Assembly (NCBI GenBank): GCA_020536535.1 | Contig: JAHLWZ010000452.1 | Coordinates: forward strand, 10,677 to 74,676 | DNA length: 64,000 bases | Direction: 5' to 3' | Source: Pelomyxa schiedti | Lineage: Eukaryota; Protista; Evosea | Part shown: positions 18,528 through 32,322 of the stretch, one piece after another | Numbering within the stretch: the stretch's first letter is position 1 | Layout: each line of letters begins with the position of its first letter | The notes under the pieces: generated by a model | Databases searched by the model: none | What the model saw: only the letters and a program-made list of their open reading frames with translations | Told to the model about the DNA's origin: nothing | Program-made: the position numbers and the translations under genes

Positions 18528-20434
18528 ATGGTACTAACAACAGTCGTTGGCGGTGTTCTGGTCATAGGCGACGCTTCTGATGCCATGAGGAATACTCGGC
18601 GTGCCGGCAAGTTACTCTGCGTCGACAGCGACGCCGAAGTCGTTGCTACCGCCCACCACGGCCTCCGCACGATGCGGGTTCCCATAATGATTGCCCCGAC
18701 CCGGCGGCGCGCCCGCTCCTGCCCCCGGCGCCCGTCCCAGCACCCCGACGCCGCCGCCAACCAGCAGCCCGGTGCAACCCAAATCCCTTCTTCGCCGACG
18801 ATCGTGCACAATCCGTCACCCAAAAGCGCCCGGCACGCCGACCCCGAGAGGCCCCGCGCCCGCGACGCCGCCGACGCCAGCGGCACCACCAAGGTGGCCG
18901 TCAACGCCCTTCTTGAGACCGACAACATCCACGACAGCCACAGCGAGGAAGATGATTTCGCCGAGTCGCTGACCAAGTGCTTCGACTTTGTGAACGACAA
19001 CAACGGCATCAGCAACAGCAACAGCAGCAGCAATGCAAGTAGCAACAACAACTCTCTGCCCGTTGCTGCGGCCAACACTGGTGGATGGGTGGCAAACGAA
19101 TCCGTTGCGAACCAGGATACGCTGATGAAGCAGAGCACGGTGGTATACTGCGCTACGGGCAACAACCAGAGCGTGGTGATGGCAATTGCTTACCTCGTTG
19201 CCTTCTGCGGAATGTCACTTATGTCCGCGGCGTCTTTTATGAAGAGGTCGCGGCCAAGTGCGGCGCCGGCTGAATACTACTTGCAGCAGGTTCTTGGACT
19301 ACGTCTACTTTGCGTTTTGTTATTGTCATATGCTTTTTGGTTATAAGTTTTGTTTGGATGTGTAAGTTGAGTTTGCTGTGGCAAAAAGTGAAGTACTGAC
19401 TCTTTGTTTCCCTGCAGCTTCTGGGATTCGAAAAGTCTCTCCTACAGAGGTCTTCTGCTACACTAGAGTCACTTGTAAATATATTCCGCAGCAGCCACGA
19501 AAATTGTGCCGAGATGGAGGCTATGCATATTCCAAATGTACAGGCAAAGAGCAATAACAACATCATTGACATTCTCGGCGAGTTGACTGCTGATGAGATA
19601 GCAAACCTGAACAGTGAGAACTACCTGCGCCTGGGTGTACCCCCACAGCCCGTTCAGGGCCTGCTATCCCCAGGAAAAGGAGGCTCCCCACAGACACAGC
19701 TGCGGTACCAGCAAGTAAGGCTCCCCTCGCTTAAAATCGGATGCCCCAGGATACTTTCCCCCTCCCCATCGCCGCCCCAGTCACCCCCCTCGACCCCTCC
19801 CCAATTCGGGGATGGGCTCTACCCTACCTCCCCACACGCTCCCGCCCTGCTGCTCTCAACCACCCCGCCGCCGCCCAATTTCCTATACCCGCCGCCTCCC
19901 TACACCCCGGCGCTGACACCACCCCCGCCGCCGCCGTCGCCGTCGCCCGCGCTCTCGCTGCTGAGCCTGGTCCTGCCCCCGGCCCGCACCCCGCCCCCGC
20001 ACTCGCCGCTCCTGGCGCAGAGCCCCGCCGAGCCCCCGCGCGCCCGCGCCAGCTCTGTGCCTCCGCCGATGAGGCTCACACCCCGAGAGAACCGCATCTC
20101 CCCGCCGTTCCCGCCCTCCAGCTCCGCCTCGGGCTCCCACGTCTCCGCCCTGCCTCCACTCGCCCCTCTCACTCCCCGTGCAGCGATCACGACAACTACC
20201 ACCGCAACAACCAACAACAACAACAGCAACGTGAGGCCCCCTACGCCCATGTACCCGCCTGCTCCGCCTCCTCCTCCTGCTCGCCTAACCTCCTTGTTTG
20301 TGCTGAATCCTGGGCTTGTCACTGTTAAGCGCCACGCGGCCTCATCCCCTGGTGATACCAACCGCGGCAACACAATTCCGGGGACTGGGGGGTCTCTGAG
20401 CAGAAGCAACAAGAGCAAATCTTTCTGGTATTGA
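18528..20434 (+). CDS. Dual-specificity phosphatase-fold protein (probably catalytically impaired) with low-complexity insertions and a Pro-rich C-terminus
   Basis: VLVIGDASDA; FAESLTKCFDFV; TVVYCATGNNQSVVMAIAYLV...MSLMSAASFMKRSRP...YLQQ|LLGFEK, which follows the DSP pattern VxVHCxxGxxRSxxxxxAYL. Confidence 0.7.
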
Positions 20435-20610
20435 GTGAGCACCAGATTGAACTGTAAATGTACCTGTGATATAGCCACAAGCAAAGGAGTCAAGTCAACT
20501 TTGCAAACCCACAAAAAAAAAAAAAAACCAGTTCCCTTGCCAAAAAGAAAGAAGAAAAGAAAATTGTTTATTGTTGTATCTTTCCTTTTCTTTCAGTACC
20601 AGTATTAGGT

Positions 20611-21431
20611 TTACTCAGAGTCCACGTCAATGACGGTGTCACCATTGATATCCACTGGGGCAGAAACCAAAGATACAGGGGCCTTGTTGTGCTCAGAGGA
20701 AGCCGCTGCAGAAGGCACAATGAAGGCCAGGTGAGGGTTGCCCCATTTCTCAGCCAGCAGTGCCACACACACGGACCCAGGAACGTCCTCAGACCACAGC
20801 CGCCGGGTGACTTTTCGTGCTGCAGCGTGGGCGGCTGGGTGCCATCTTGAGCGGTACCACTGCACAAGTGCAAAGGCAGGAATGTCCAGCAGAATTACAG
20901 TAAGGAGAGTCAGCAGCACGACGCAGGTGGCAACAGTGCCAAAAATAAGCCAGCCGCGGTAGCCCTTGATCTTGGATGCCTTGTGCATGGCGTGATTAAC
21001 TGTAGAAAGGAAAAGGAAAAGGAAAAGGGAGGAGGGTACAAGGAGTTAGTGGCTGTAACTTATAACAACAACATTGTCTAGCCAATTCCTACAGAGGCCT
21101 GTGCCTGGAGTTATGTGTATGTACGTTTTGGGATGTAGTAAGTAGTAAAGTGCGTTGAGGTGCGACTAGGGAAGAATTATGGAGTGTAGTCGAGCACGCC
21201 TGTTCGTACGGATCGAGTGTACTGCTCCCAAGACAAAACGCCACGCAGTTTCGGCGGCAAGGCATCACCCGGCACCCACTCCCTAACAGGATCAAATACC
21301 GACGCCCGCTCCTCCACGAACACCACGGAACACTTGCAATCAGGCGCGTCGGCCAGCGCGGGAATGTAGCTGCCACCGTCCACTATTTGAGCGGTGACAT
21401 CGTCGTAGTGGCGGGTGTCGGCGTCCTCCAT
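20611..21431 (-). CDS. Hypothetical small membrane protein, 2 exons (weak ERF4/GOLGA7-like pattern)
   Basis: ORFs 21177-21431 (LPPKLRGVLSWEQYTRS) and 20611-20988 (INHAMHK...WLIFGTVATCVVLLTLLTVILL) joined by a GT-AG intron. Confidence 0.5.
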
Positions 21432-21543
21432 TGGGCACTTGTTGTTAAGGAGAAACTCGGGAAGAAAAAAGGTGTTACAAAGAAACGGGAGTCTTGTTTA
21501 GTGTGACTCGAGATTGTCGGGGGTTGGTAGAGTTGGTTGTTGC

Positions 21544-24172
21544 TTAGGGGTGCTGCTGTATTTTAGGAGAGATGTCACAAACTGTTGCTGCTGAGAGGGT
21601 GTTGGTGCTGGTGGGTTGCTGTGGTTCTAGAAAAGGAGGGATGTCGACCGCCTCTGCAGTTGACAGGGTGTTGGTGAATGGTGCTTCGAAGATGTGTATG
21701 GAGCCGCCGCACAGCACATACAAAACGTTTTTGTGGGTGTCAATGTGGAAGTCAAGCATGTTGGTGAATTCTTCCTCCAGAAACTCGTTTGTCTTGAGTT
21801 TGGGGAGTTTAGTGACTTGAGAAGTTCGCATGTCACTGCCACTGGAAGCTGTGCTGACATTAGTTGACGTAGGTGTTCTGGCTCTTTTGTTGGCTGGTTG
21901 TTGTGCAACTCCTCCCTCGCTGGGTTCTTGCTGAACTGGCGGGGGTGGGGCAGCCGGGGAGTCAATTGGGGCACAGACGAGTTTGAATTTGGTGGGTTGC
22001 CTGACAGCATAAACCAAAACAGTTTGGTCTTCGCATTCGGGACGCCATATTCTGAGGTTCACAACCACCACCGTTGGTATCGATTGAGTCATCCACTGGT
22101 AGGAGGTGCCTGGAACTGTAAGGGAAACAAAGGTTATCATGGTGATCGCAATACCGTTGATCTCAAAATCAGGGAGACTAATCACAATGTCGAACCCGTA
22201 GAATCCATCCACCCCTCTAGGTAGCTTCCTGACCTGGGTGAAGTTCCACGTGGAGTTCTCTTGCCCTGTGTGGTCATGGTGTTGACATGGACATCAAACT
22301 GNNNNNNNNNNNNNNNNNNNNNNNNNNNNNNNNNNNNNNNNNNNNNNNNNNNNNNNNNNNNNNNNNNNNNNNNNNNNNNNNNNNNNNNNNNNNNNNNNNN
22401 NATCACAATGTCGAACCCGTAGAATCCATCCACCCCTCTAGGTAGCTTCCTGACCTGGGTGAAGTTCCACGTGGAGTTCTCTTGCCCTGTGTGGTCATGG
22501 TGTTGACATGGACATCAAACTGAAAAAGTGGGTTCCACTCACATGTGGGTTTTATCACCCAAATTCCGTTCTTGGTTCCAACGTGAATCTCCGGCATGCT
22601 CCTTCCTACCTCGGGTGGTTTGACGGTAATTGACATGGCTGGCCCCATTGTAGCGTTGAAATACACAAACACTTGCGCTGCTGAAAAGTCGATGAGTTGC
22701 ACACAAGGCGTGTGGTTATCCACAACAGCCAAAAGGTCACGCCAATGTGACATGCAAGTCGGGTGAACGAAAATAGCGTCATTCAGTGGAATGCAGGAAC
22801 TGGAGGATATCTCCGCGGGAGGTGTAAGTGTGTTTCCTCTTCGTTCGGGAATTGTATGCAAAATGTTTTCTGAATTGATTTTTTTTTAAAAAAAAGGGTT
22901 GTGAAACCCAAGTAACTGACCTTTTTTGGAATATTTGAAGATCCGTCCCTCCTTCATATTTTTTTCTGTGATATACATATGAGAGATGTAGACATCACCA
23001 GTAGCGCTGTCCGCAGTGATTTTAGTGTGTTTGAGGGCGAGATCGAGGCTTCCTGGTTTGTCATTTAACACCCTCCCTTTGGAGATAAACATACTGCACG
23101 TTTTCGGGGGTTTGGATATTTTTGGTGGATGGCTTGCTTGATTACTGGTAAAAGAAAATAATCGCTCGTCGACAAGGGTTGAGTATTCGTCGACAAGGGC
23201 GAGATAGTCATTTAACAAACCGCGGACTGCATCTAAATCAAGGGGCTACATTCTTTATAAAACTTGTTTTGATTGTAGGAGGGCATACCTGCTTGTCAGA
23301 TACAGTCGCACTAGTTCTTGTTGTTGCTCCTGAACTATCTCCATCAACAAGTGAAGCCTTAGTCCACCAAGCTGTTGTTGTTAATCCTGATAGAGGGGGA
23401 GGGGAGAAGGACTTGGGGTAGGATCTGCTTCAAAGAAAATGCCAACAACCTTGATTAGTCAATGATTGTGAAAGTTACTCAAAGGATAAAAACCTCCAGG
23501 GTATTTTTCGCAGTGAAATGCTCCCCTGTTTTCAAAGCTGTCTTTGGTACACTTCCCACCTCAACTGTATGGCCACATTTGTGGGTCAGAAGAATTTCTA
23601 CAATTTCCTTTGTTTTTAAAAAAAAAACAAAAAAAAAATCTAGTGTGAGATAGAGGAGAGGAACTCGTCCCAAAAAACCAACAACCTGACAGAAAACCTC
23701 AGCCAGTTGCTTTGGTCTTGGGTCCCTGGGCTTCCTCTTTATCCAAGAGCACAGATCCGACTTGTTGAGGTCGTAATCGCGGTTGTCGGCTTTTTGCAGC
23801 AACGCACAGTTGTTAAATTTCAAGCTGTACTTTGAAGAATAAATCGTCAGAGTGCCTCCCTTGGTTGCCGAAACCGCGCCCCCAGTTCTGCTAGTTGTCG
23901 AGGTCGCCCCCCGCGGCACAATAAATGTCTGCGGTGGTATGTCTACATACTGCGAAGGCCACTCGCCCGCGGACACCATGGGGCTTCGGATTGCAAATTT
24001 TGAACAGCACGAAAATATTGCCTAGACTCACCAAGTAGAGGCAAATTGTGTGTGGTTTTTGGATGGGGATATCTTGTAGGGTGAGGAGTGGGGGAGCGTT
24101 GCTGGGGTTGAAAGTCCAGCTGAATTTTCCTTGTTGCGGAGAATGCTGCGGAATCCTATGGGTAGAATTCAT
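21544..24172 (-). CDS. Hypothetical multi-exon protein of unknown function, spanning a scaffold gap
   Basis: Chain of minus-strand ORFs (23891-24172, 23479-23979, 22886-23218, 22403-22861, 21544-22212) separated by intron-like poly-T tracts; no recognisable family. Confidence 0.5.
22181..22522. other. 100-N scaffold gap (22302-22401) flanked by an exact ~120 bp overlap; assembly artefact
   Basis: 22181-22301 is repeated identically at 22402-22522. Confidence 0.9.
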
Positions 24173-24337
24173 CTTACAATTACTGGAAAAAGCAGTCGAT
24201 CAACATCATCTTGGAAGAGGAGCAAGAAAAGGGAAGGAAAAACAAAACTTTTTGTTGAACAACCTCAACCTCATCAGCAATAAGACACAACACACCCAAT
24301 AACACCGAACTCCCACCCCCCACCCCACATCCCCGAC

Positions 24338-27300
24338 ATGATCACGGCAGACACGCTGCGGTTCCAACACCTCAAACGGAACGCGGCGCCCACCCCACCA
24401 CCCTCCCCCAGCACCACAACCGCCAAGGATGGCAAGAAACCCACAGCCCCCGCCGTAGGCAGCAGCAGCCAAACCGCCGCGCCCATCCCCGCCATGCCCC
24501 CCAAGCCCCAGCGGCCGGCTCCCTCAACAACAACAACAACCACAACAACAACCAGCACCACAACCTCTACACACACCACCGCATACACAGCCGAGCCGCG
24601 AGACACCGACATGGCACAGGCGTCTCCAGCCCATTCCCACACCCACCAACATCTCCCAGCCACCAATGGCTACGGCTACGGCGACGACGACGACGCCGAC
24701 GTAGATGTAGGCGGGAGCAGCAGCGGCGGCGGCGGCGGGGCCACCCTACACGACCACAGGCACGGCCACATGGCGCACACCGGCCACGGCGGGCACATCG
24801 TCGCGCGCGGCGGCGCACCGGGAGGGCGGGACGAGGACGCGGACGTGACCGACTTTGAGAACCCGCACAGGCATCATGTTGGGACTGATGATTCGCCCGG
24901 GAATGTGATGGGCGGCGGCGGTGGTGGTGGTGGTGCGAATCATGGCAGGCACGGCCGCAGTGGCCCTTGCCCTGTTTGTGAGTCTGATTCGTCGCAAATT
25001 CTGATTGACATTCAACTTCCAATGCCAAAACCACCCTCAACTGCCACTACCACGACCAGTACTAGCACTAGCACTAGCACCCCAACTTCCTCGACCACCT
25101 CACATGCTGCTAATCACTCTGTCGAAATTCAAACTGGAAATAAGAGTATGAAAAAAACCACTCAACATGATGGCTACTCACTATCACCATTAGAAGAATC
25201 AACTTTCCAGGCATCTCGCATAGTTCAGTGGTTCCTCCACTGGATTTCAAGAGACAAAGATCTAACTGAAGGGTGGAAGCGGATAAATAAAGAAGTCAAC
25301 TTACCTTATGTGGTATGCTGCTCTTTCCTTCAACACAAAAGTGTGGTTTATGAAGTGGGAACCCAAGTCAACTTAAGATTTACTCATTTTCAACAGTCAC
25401 CAGAGAAAAAAAGTAGAGGCTTGTCTGGTCTTTTACGGGAATGGATCTGGATAAAGTCGAGTGCAAGTGTTGTCTTTGCGGGACCTCGGGGTGTTGGCAA
25501 GAGATTCCTTGTAAACACTTTACTGGAAACAACAGCACAGGATTTGCATAATAACACCCCTACCTCCAAGCCTGGGCTGCAGGATGTGTGTGCCCCCATA
25601 TTTTATTCTATTCTAAGATCCTAAAAGAACCTGGCATCACTTGAAGCTACTCATAGCTTAGAATCTGAGTTTTGTTTGGTGTCGGACAACCCTTATGAAA
25701 TGACTGTATGCAAAGTTTCTTCTTCTTATAGATGTGGTCAACATACTTTTGAAGGACTCTTCTACAACAACTTCAATGGACAGCAGTGAATTTGTTATAG
25801 ACCAAATAGCTGCTGACACTTTTTTCAACAATTATAATTGGGAGGGAGAGCAGTCTTCCTCTGGTGAAACTGCACAATATTGCATAAGTGGACGTGTATC
25901 AGTAGATGACATACGACCATATTTATTGCCCCAGAGAATTGAATGTAGGATTGGGCAATACCTCTATCACCTAACAAATTGGATTGATTAGTTCCTCATA
26001 TTACTGTAATGAAGTATGGACGTATACCTGAAGCAGTAATCACTTTTTTATCCCCTGAAGACCTGGCTGCATCTCTTTGGGAGTTGTGCCTGGTACATTG
26101 TTTGGTCAAGTACCACCCACCTCTGATTTCACAACAGGAAGCCCATGGTCTGAAGACTCTGGATGCTGACTACAAACAATTTCTACAGTGGAGATTCACA
26201 ATGATCACTGGAAAGCTTCCAACTCCAACTCGGCTTCTCTCAATACCGTCTCAACAATTCTTCGTAAACTCTCTCCGACCAGAGATTGCACATTTACTTG
26301 GTAAGAAAGCTAGATACAGGTACGATTCTCGCATATTAAGCATCACATTACTCATTTAAGAGTAGAGGAAATGGTGCTTCTCTTCCTAAGGATAGAATTT
26401 ACGTCAGGGAAATGATAAAGCAAGCTTTTGGGATATGGCCATTTTTCATTGAATCACTTTCAATTAAGTTTCCTTGTGGCCTACTGGACGGAAATCGAGA
26501 AGTAGTAATAACTGGTATTCCTCCTTTTTTCTTGTATATATTGAATGGGGATGCTCAGATTGCGAAATTTGGGAGCCACTCATAACAGCACGTTGTCTCA
26601 ACGCAATGCACGGAGCAAACTTACTCATACTCTCAGTTGACGGCAAAGGCATTACGCAGGACTTTGCAACTATGATCAAGTCTGCCTATTACCTACAAAA
26701 AGTCATTATTGCACCTCAGAATCATAGGCAATTTATCAATATTTCTTTTTCCTCCTGATGAATTATAGAGTTGCTACCATTGAACTCAATGACCCAAGGC
26801 CTCTTGACAGTATGGCTGAGTGGGGTACTGGACCAGCAAAAGACGATCCTGTAACTCAGCTGTTTTCTCAAAGTGTGCATGAATCCTGTGAGCTGCATAA
26901 ATTAGCTTTGAGATTGCAGTTACAGCATCTCTTTGAAGCAACACCCCTGCCACCTCCAATGGACTATAAAATAGCTTCCCCACTCATTGAGCAGGCTCTT
27001 GCTAGTATTACTATGATACCAGTGTGGCCTCTTCTGTACAAATCAGTCTGTCTCCAGCCACTTCTTCAGCGTGCCGCGGAAGTTCGGTCGAAGACTGGTG
27101 TCACTACACTTGCTTGTTACATCCAAAATGCTATTCTGTCGCAGTGTTCACATGATATTCGGGAATTTGGGCACAGCTGGATGTTGAGATTCAACTCGAC
27201 TTTACAAAGGTTAGTCTATCTAAATTATCACTATGGGTTGACGTTGATTTAGCAAGGCATCGCCTTTAGTCAATAAGCTACAATACAAAGATTGGGAAAA

Positions 27301-30300
27301 AAGACTAAAGCTAGAAATGGAAATTCAGGCTCGGGCCGAGCAAGAGCTTACTTCATCAGCACCAAGTAACACAGCAGCAGCGCCTGGGAGCCCCCCTCCT
27401 GGGAAAGTGGATTCTAAGCATAGTTCTATACCGAGTGACGCAAGTGATCCAGAAAAACTTATGACTGCTTTTCAACAAGTTCTACACATTTCCTCCCAGG
27501 TGAGTTAATGCTATATTGCTCATCTTTCTTATAGATCATCAGGATAGAACTATAACAACATTCGCCTTCATGCAACCAGACCAACTGCTTTCCTCCTTTG
27601 AGTATCTTTCATTACTACTCTTTCTTCCCTTATATTTAAAATAGAGAAAAAATTTCCCAGTGGAAGAGAGACCTCAAGGAGTACTTTAGCACTCCTCAAT
27701 TTCAGTATCTGCTTCAATCATCGGCTCAACAATGTACGGCTAAGGCGGAAGCTAGTTGGCCTCAATTTCGGGATAAATACCTCCGAACTAAGGAGGCCTG
27801 CCAAGCTCTCATTGCTCTGGAATTCAAAGGAGAACCTGTTGGCATAGAAGTAACAAGACTTTTCTTTGAGAACTTGTTACACTTTACCCATGAAGTTTGG
27901 CAAACCTATATCACTTATACACTGCCCAACAAAGAGCAGGTAACTTAATTATCTGTCCTTCCTGTATTAACTTTGAAAAGGATATCTTGAAGTTAACTGG
28001 GCATGCACTTGCACAGTGTGAGTACATCATTGAGCACGCACATATATCGCCAATGGAACATTATCAGTTCAAGCAGTTTCTCTTGTAAGCTCCAACTTCG
28101 CATACTTGCAGCGCTCCTTGCATCACCTCCATTACATTTTACTCCAATTCCTTATTTACATTCAAGACAATGCCAAGAAGTTTGCCTTTGCACTATTAAC
28201 ACACGCATGGGGCATATCCGAAAACTTATCTCTATGCCAATCATGTCCGAATCTCTTGTTAAATCCTGTCAAGAACAGTTAACATTTCTCTTCAAGCAAC
28301 TGGTCCCAGTTTCTTCAGTACGTTCCTCTCTCTTGGTAAATGCCACCACTAACGTTTGAAACAGAATCCACAGTACTTCCAAGAAGTAATGAAGTCTTCA
28401 TTTGAGGCAACCAGCTCTAATGCAGCCAAAGCAGTCCATGCTACTTTTCTTAAAACGATTGCACTTGTTGACGTGCATTTACATTCGACTGAGAAACAGT
28501 TAATACATGTGGTATGAACTCTTTTGTCCCTCCCTCGTTTACTGTGGTGCAGTTGAGGTGTTTGATAAGCAGCCCCGTGCTCAACCAAACCAATAAATCA
28601 AATGCGAATAGCAATCGCACACAATTAAATACCCAACATTGCAACCCTACAGCACCTGCCACAACCTCGGATGCCATCACCCTTGCCTCTGGAGGGCTAA
28701 GCATTTCTGATTCAGAGCAACACAACTACACCAAAGACCTCCTCAATAATAAAATTCCACTTAAGATGAACCAAAATCAAGTACAACAGTTCATACAACA
28801 ACTAGCAAACAGAGGGTATAAACTTAAACTTACAATCAACCTCTTTACTCTTCCTAGATTACAAATATATGGAGTAACACCGGATAGCAACTCTCAATTC
28901 AGAGCGTTTGCTCAACATGTTTATCACACAGAAGAGGCTCATGCGATTGTTCGGTATCTAAAAATAACCTCATTACACCCACAAACTCGCGGTAATAGGT
29001 TACTGGTGTTAGCAGAGGTTTTATCTAATGAGGAAAAGTATCTTGACCTTATCAAGTCCTCTGATTTCCAAGTACTTTATTTTCACCCTGAAATGTTTGT
29101 CTTACATAAACAGATATATGTCAACTCACTAACACGTGACGGTGTACCAGGGGATCATGTCACCTTAGCAGCTTTTGCAAATTTTGTTTGCAAAGACCTC
29201 TTTTTATATGTTCCTGTTTTGCCACAACCAGTACGTATACCAGCACAAAGGGTTGCTGGTAGAGGTGGGCCTGCACTTCATCTTGCTTTACTTCCTGGTA
29301 ACATCTATCAACCCTTGTTGTGGGAGGTCAGTGAGTTTCTTCCCTGCGAATTTATCCATCTTACAAGCTTCAACAGGATTCAGAAAATGGAGATAACAAG
29401 CAAAAAAAACGTTTCATGAGAGAGAGAAACGAATCGATACATGGAGGTGGGGGCCCAGTAAAGATTCCGTCCCTCAAGGACTTGTGTGTATCTGCTTGCG
29501 CACAAAACATCTGTGCCATGCCACATCTTAATCCTGGGATGATCCCTGAAGAGATTATCCAAGCGGTACTGCAACACAAATGAATATAGTGCAGCATAAA
29601 TATTTATTCCATTTGAAAAACTATCATCATCTGATAATAAGCAAGATTCTATCGTCTGTTATCCAATTCTTCGACATTGAGATGGATTTCGATGTTGTTC
29701 TGCACAAGTTATTGAATCCATATATATTTGTACTCGATTTGAGTACGTGCACGCATATAAGCAACTACAGCATGCTAGAAATATCAAAAGCCTGTCCCCG
29801 ATTACAGAGACTAAACCTTTCCAACTGTCACAAAGTCACTACAGAGGTAATGGCTTTATGCAATGAACTTAGGAGTGTTGATTTTTTTGCAGGGTTTGTG
29901 TGACATAGTGAGTGCATGTTCAGACCTTTGCGAACTTAACATACAAGGATGCCAGCTTGTTGCTGATCAAGCTATACTAACATTGTGCACGTGCTGCACA
30001 AGCTGTACATCATTAAACATAAATGGCTGCAGCAAAATTTCTTCAGGAGTTTTTCCTGTAAGACTCAATTATCATGAATAATCTAAATTATTCTTCCAGT
30101 CTCTCAGTGGGCTCCCTCTCCAAAAACTCGAAGCTGCTGACCTTTCACAATTGGCTATGGTTCCTCAATTAACTACCTTGTCCTCCCTTGACTTGAGTAA
30201 TTGCCCAAATGTGACAGACTCATCTCTTTCTTTCGTGTGTTATTCATTAGTCTTAGTATATTTCTCACAAACTGTAGCTGGAAAAGTGTACTGGCTTGAT

Positions 30301-32077
30301 TTCTTTAAAGTTGCAAAACAACAAATTATTGACGGACCAGACTTGTGCCAAAATACTCGCAAGTTGTACAGCACTGCAAGTACACAAGCCGTCAAAATAA
30401 GTGATACCTTAAATAAATACCAGATTTTGGACTTGAGTGGCTGTGACCATATCCACAATCTCACGACTAAGTCTTTATTGAATTGTACTCGATTGAGTGT
30501 ACTTTCTCTGTCGAACTGCAACGTTGAAACGGAAGGTTTTTCTGTACTGATGCAGTTGCCACCTTCCCAGCAAACACCTGCCGTTTCTATGCCTCCACCT
30601 TCTTCTGTACAGTCGCCAGTCGGCTCCCCTATTTGTTCACCACCGTCTTCACCCTTAGTAGCACGTAGTATAACAACCCACAAGCCCCCACATAAATTCG
30701 ACTGCATGACATCCCTGGACGTCTCAGGTTTTTTTTTTTTTTGTACCAATTTTTCTCTGGGTATACTGACCAGCCTAGGGTGCACTAAAATAAGCTCTGC
30801 TGTTCTTGAAGCACTAGCTGAAAGTTGTGGTTTTCTGGAAAATTTAAATATCTCGTCCTGCTCAGCGACAACTGACCAGGTACTCACTCCCAATCGATAT
30901 AACTCTTCACATATATTTTTTTCCCCAGTCTATCATTTCTGCAGCTCGTCTGATGCCTTTAACTCACATTTCCGTTGGGCGTTGCAACGTGAGCGACTCG
31001 GCGTTAGTGGAACTTATGAGAGAGTGTTCTTGTGATCTTCAGGAATTCATTGCACCTGGCTGTCAAGGTATAGCTGATTCTGTTCTGGGAGCAATAGCCA
31101 GTTCATGCCCAAATCTCAAGTAGCCCTGACATACCATGTATAAACCTAATCACTCCACAGAACTCTTGACCTGAGTCAGTGCGATTGTATAACTGAAACA
31201 GCACTGTGTGAAATTTTCACGCACTGCAAGAATCTCACTTCCGTCACTCTAGAGGAGTGTACCAATGCCGTAAATGACAATACTGTCTTGGTAAGCTTTT
31301 CAATCTTAATGGTTCTCCTTAGAAGAACTACAGGTAATCTCTGAGCACTGTCACAAGCTTGCAAACCTCTCAATCGGTTATTGCACCTCTCTCACCGATA
31401 AGGCACTGTCCCATTTGTGTAACTTACAATCCCATATACCGGCAACATTGGAGCACCTCGACGTTTCCCATTGTCGCAACTTGTCTCCCTTGGTATTATG
31501 TGGATGCTTACAGCATTTGGGCCACCTTCGTTCGTTTTCTGCAAGGGGCTCACGCATTTCGACCGAGTCTATTGTGATGCCAATTCTACCTTCTGACTCC
31601 GCCGAGCACAACAACAATAAGCAGGCCACCTTCGTCAATCCTGCACCCCCCACAACAAGCACCCCAACCATATTCCACAGCGTTCCAGCAACGGCAACTA
31701 CCGCTTCCCCGGACCTCATCCCTAACTTCGCATCCAGCACTGCAAAACGGACTCAATCACACAGCAGAGGGTGGCTACAGCTGCGTTCTATAAATCTCTC
31801 CTGGTCACGAAACCTACGTGACGAAGCGGTGGCCGCTGTTGCTGCATGGTGCCCCCTTCTTGAATCCTGTGACTTGAGCCGCTGCCCCTACATAACTGAT
31901 GTGTCTATACAGCAATTGCACAGTGCATGCCCATGCCTCAAGAGGTGAAATTACATTCCACTTTTATTCCCCTCTTCCTACTTATGATGAAACAGGCTTA
32001 ATATTACCGCGTGCAAAAACATAAGCTCACAAGTAGTGCGGACCCTAACTTACGCCGGTGTATCAATTTTGAGATAG
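24338..32077 (+). CDS. Large multi-exon protein (possibly one gene): low-complexity N-terminus, degenerate dynamin/NUGGC-like P-loop region, inactive OTU-like domain, BC/VHL-box-like motif and Cys-containing LRRs
   Basis: VVFAGPRGVGKRFLVNTLL; MKYGRIPEAVITFLSPEDL; IWPFFIESLSIKFPCGLL; VTPDSNSQFRAFAQHVY...GDHVTL; IPSLKDLC; many LxxLDLSxCxxITD repeats; ends ...AGVSILR*. Confidence 0.65.
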
Positions 32078-32322
32078 TCTTCCCAATCCACAAGAATACA
32101 GCTGGATTGAGGGATGTTGTGTGTAATTGTATGTACCTTATTTTCACAACTACCCATCGATCTCACATAACCCAGGTTGTTTGTATAAATTCTTTGTATG
32201 TATTAAAATGAACACAACGCTTTTAGCTCACGAGAATTGTTACAACACAAGATTTAGCCATTGGGCATTTTTTCCCCTCTTCCCTTCTTCTTTCGGCGTT
32301 ACGCAAAGCACCTTTGATCATC

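Noticed and set aside
22181-22522. Direct repeats flanking N gaps (also 32407-32746) as mobile-element ends or tandem duplications
   Set aside because: Exact ~120 bp overlaps on either side of 100-N gaps are typical unmerged contig ends.
27977-27985. ATATCCTTT on the minus strand as a second U12 donor
   Set aside because: The gene here is on the plus strand, and the sequence is simply an AG acceptor followed by exon.
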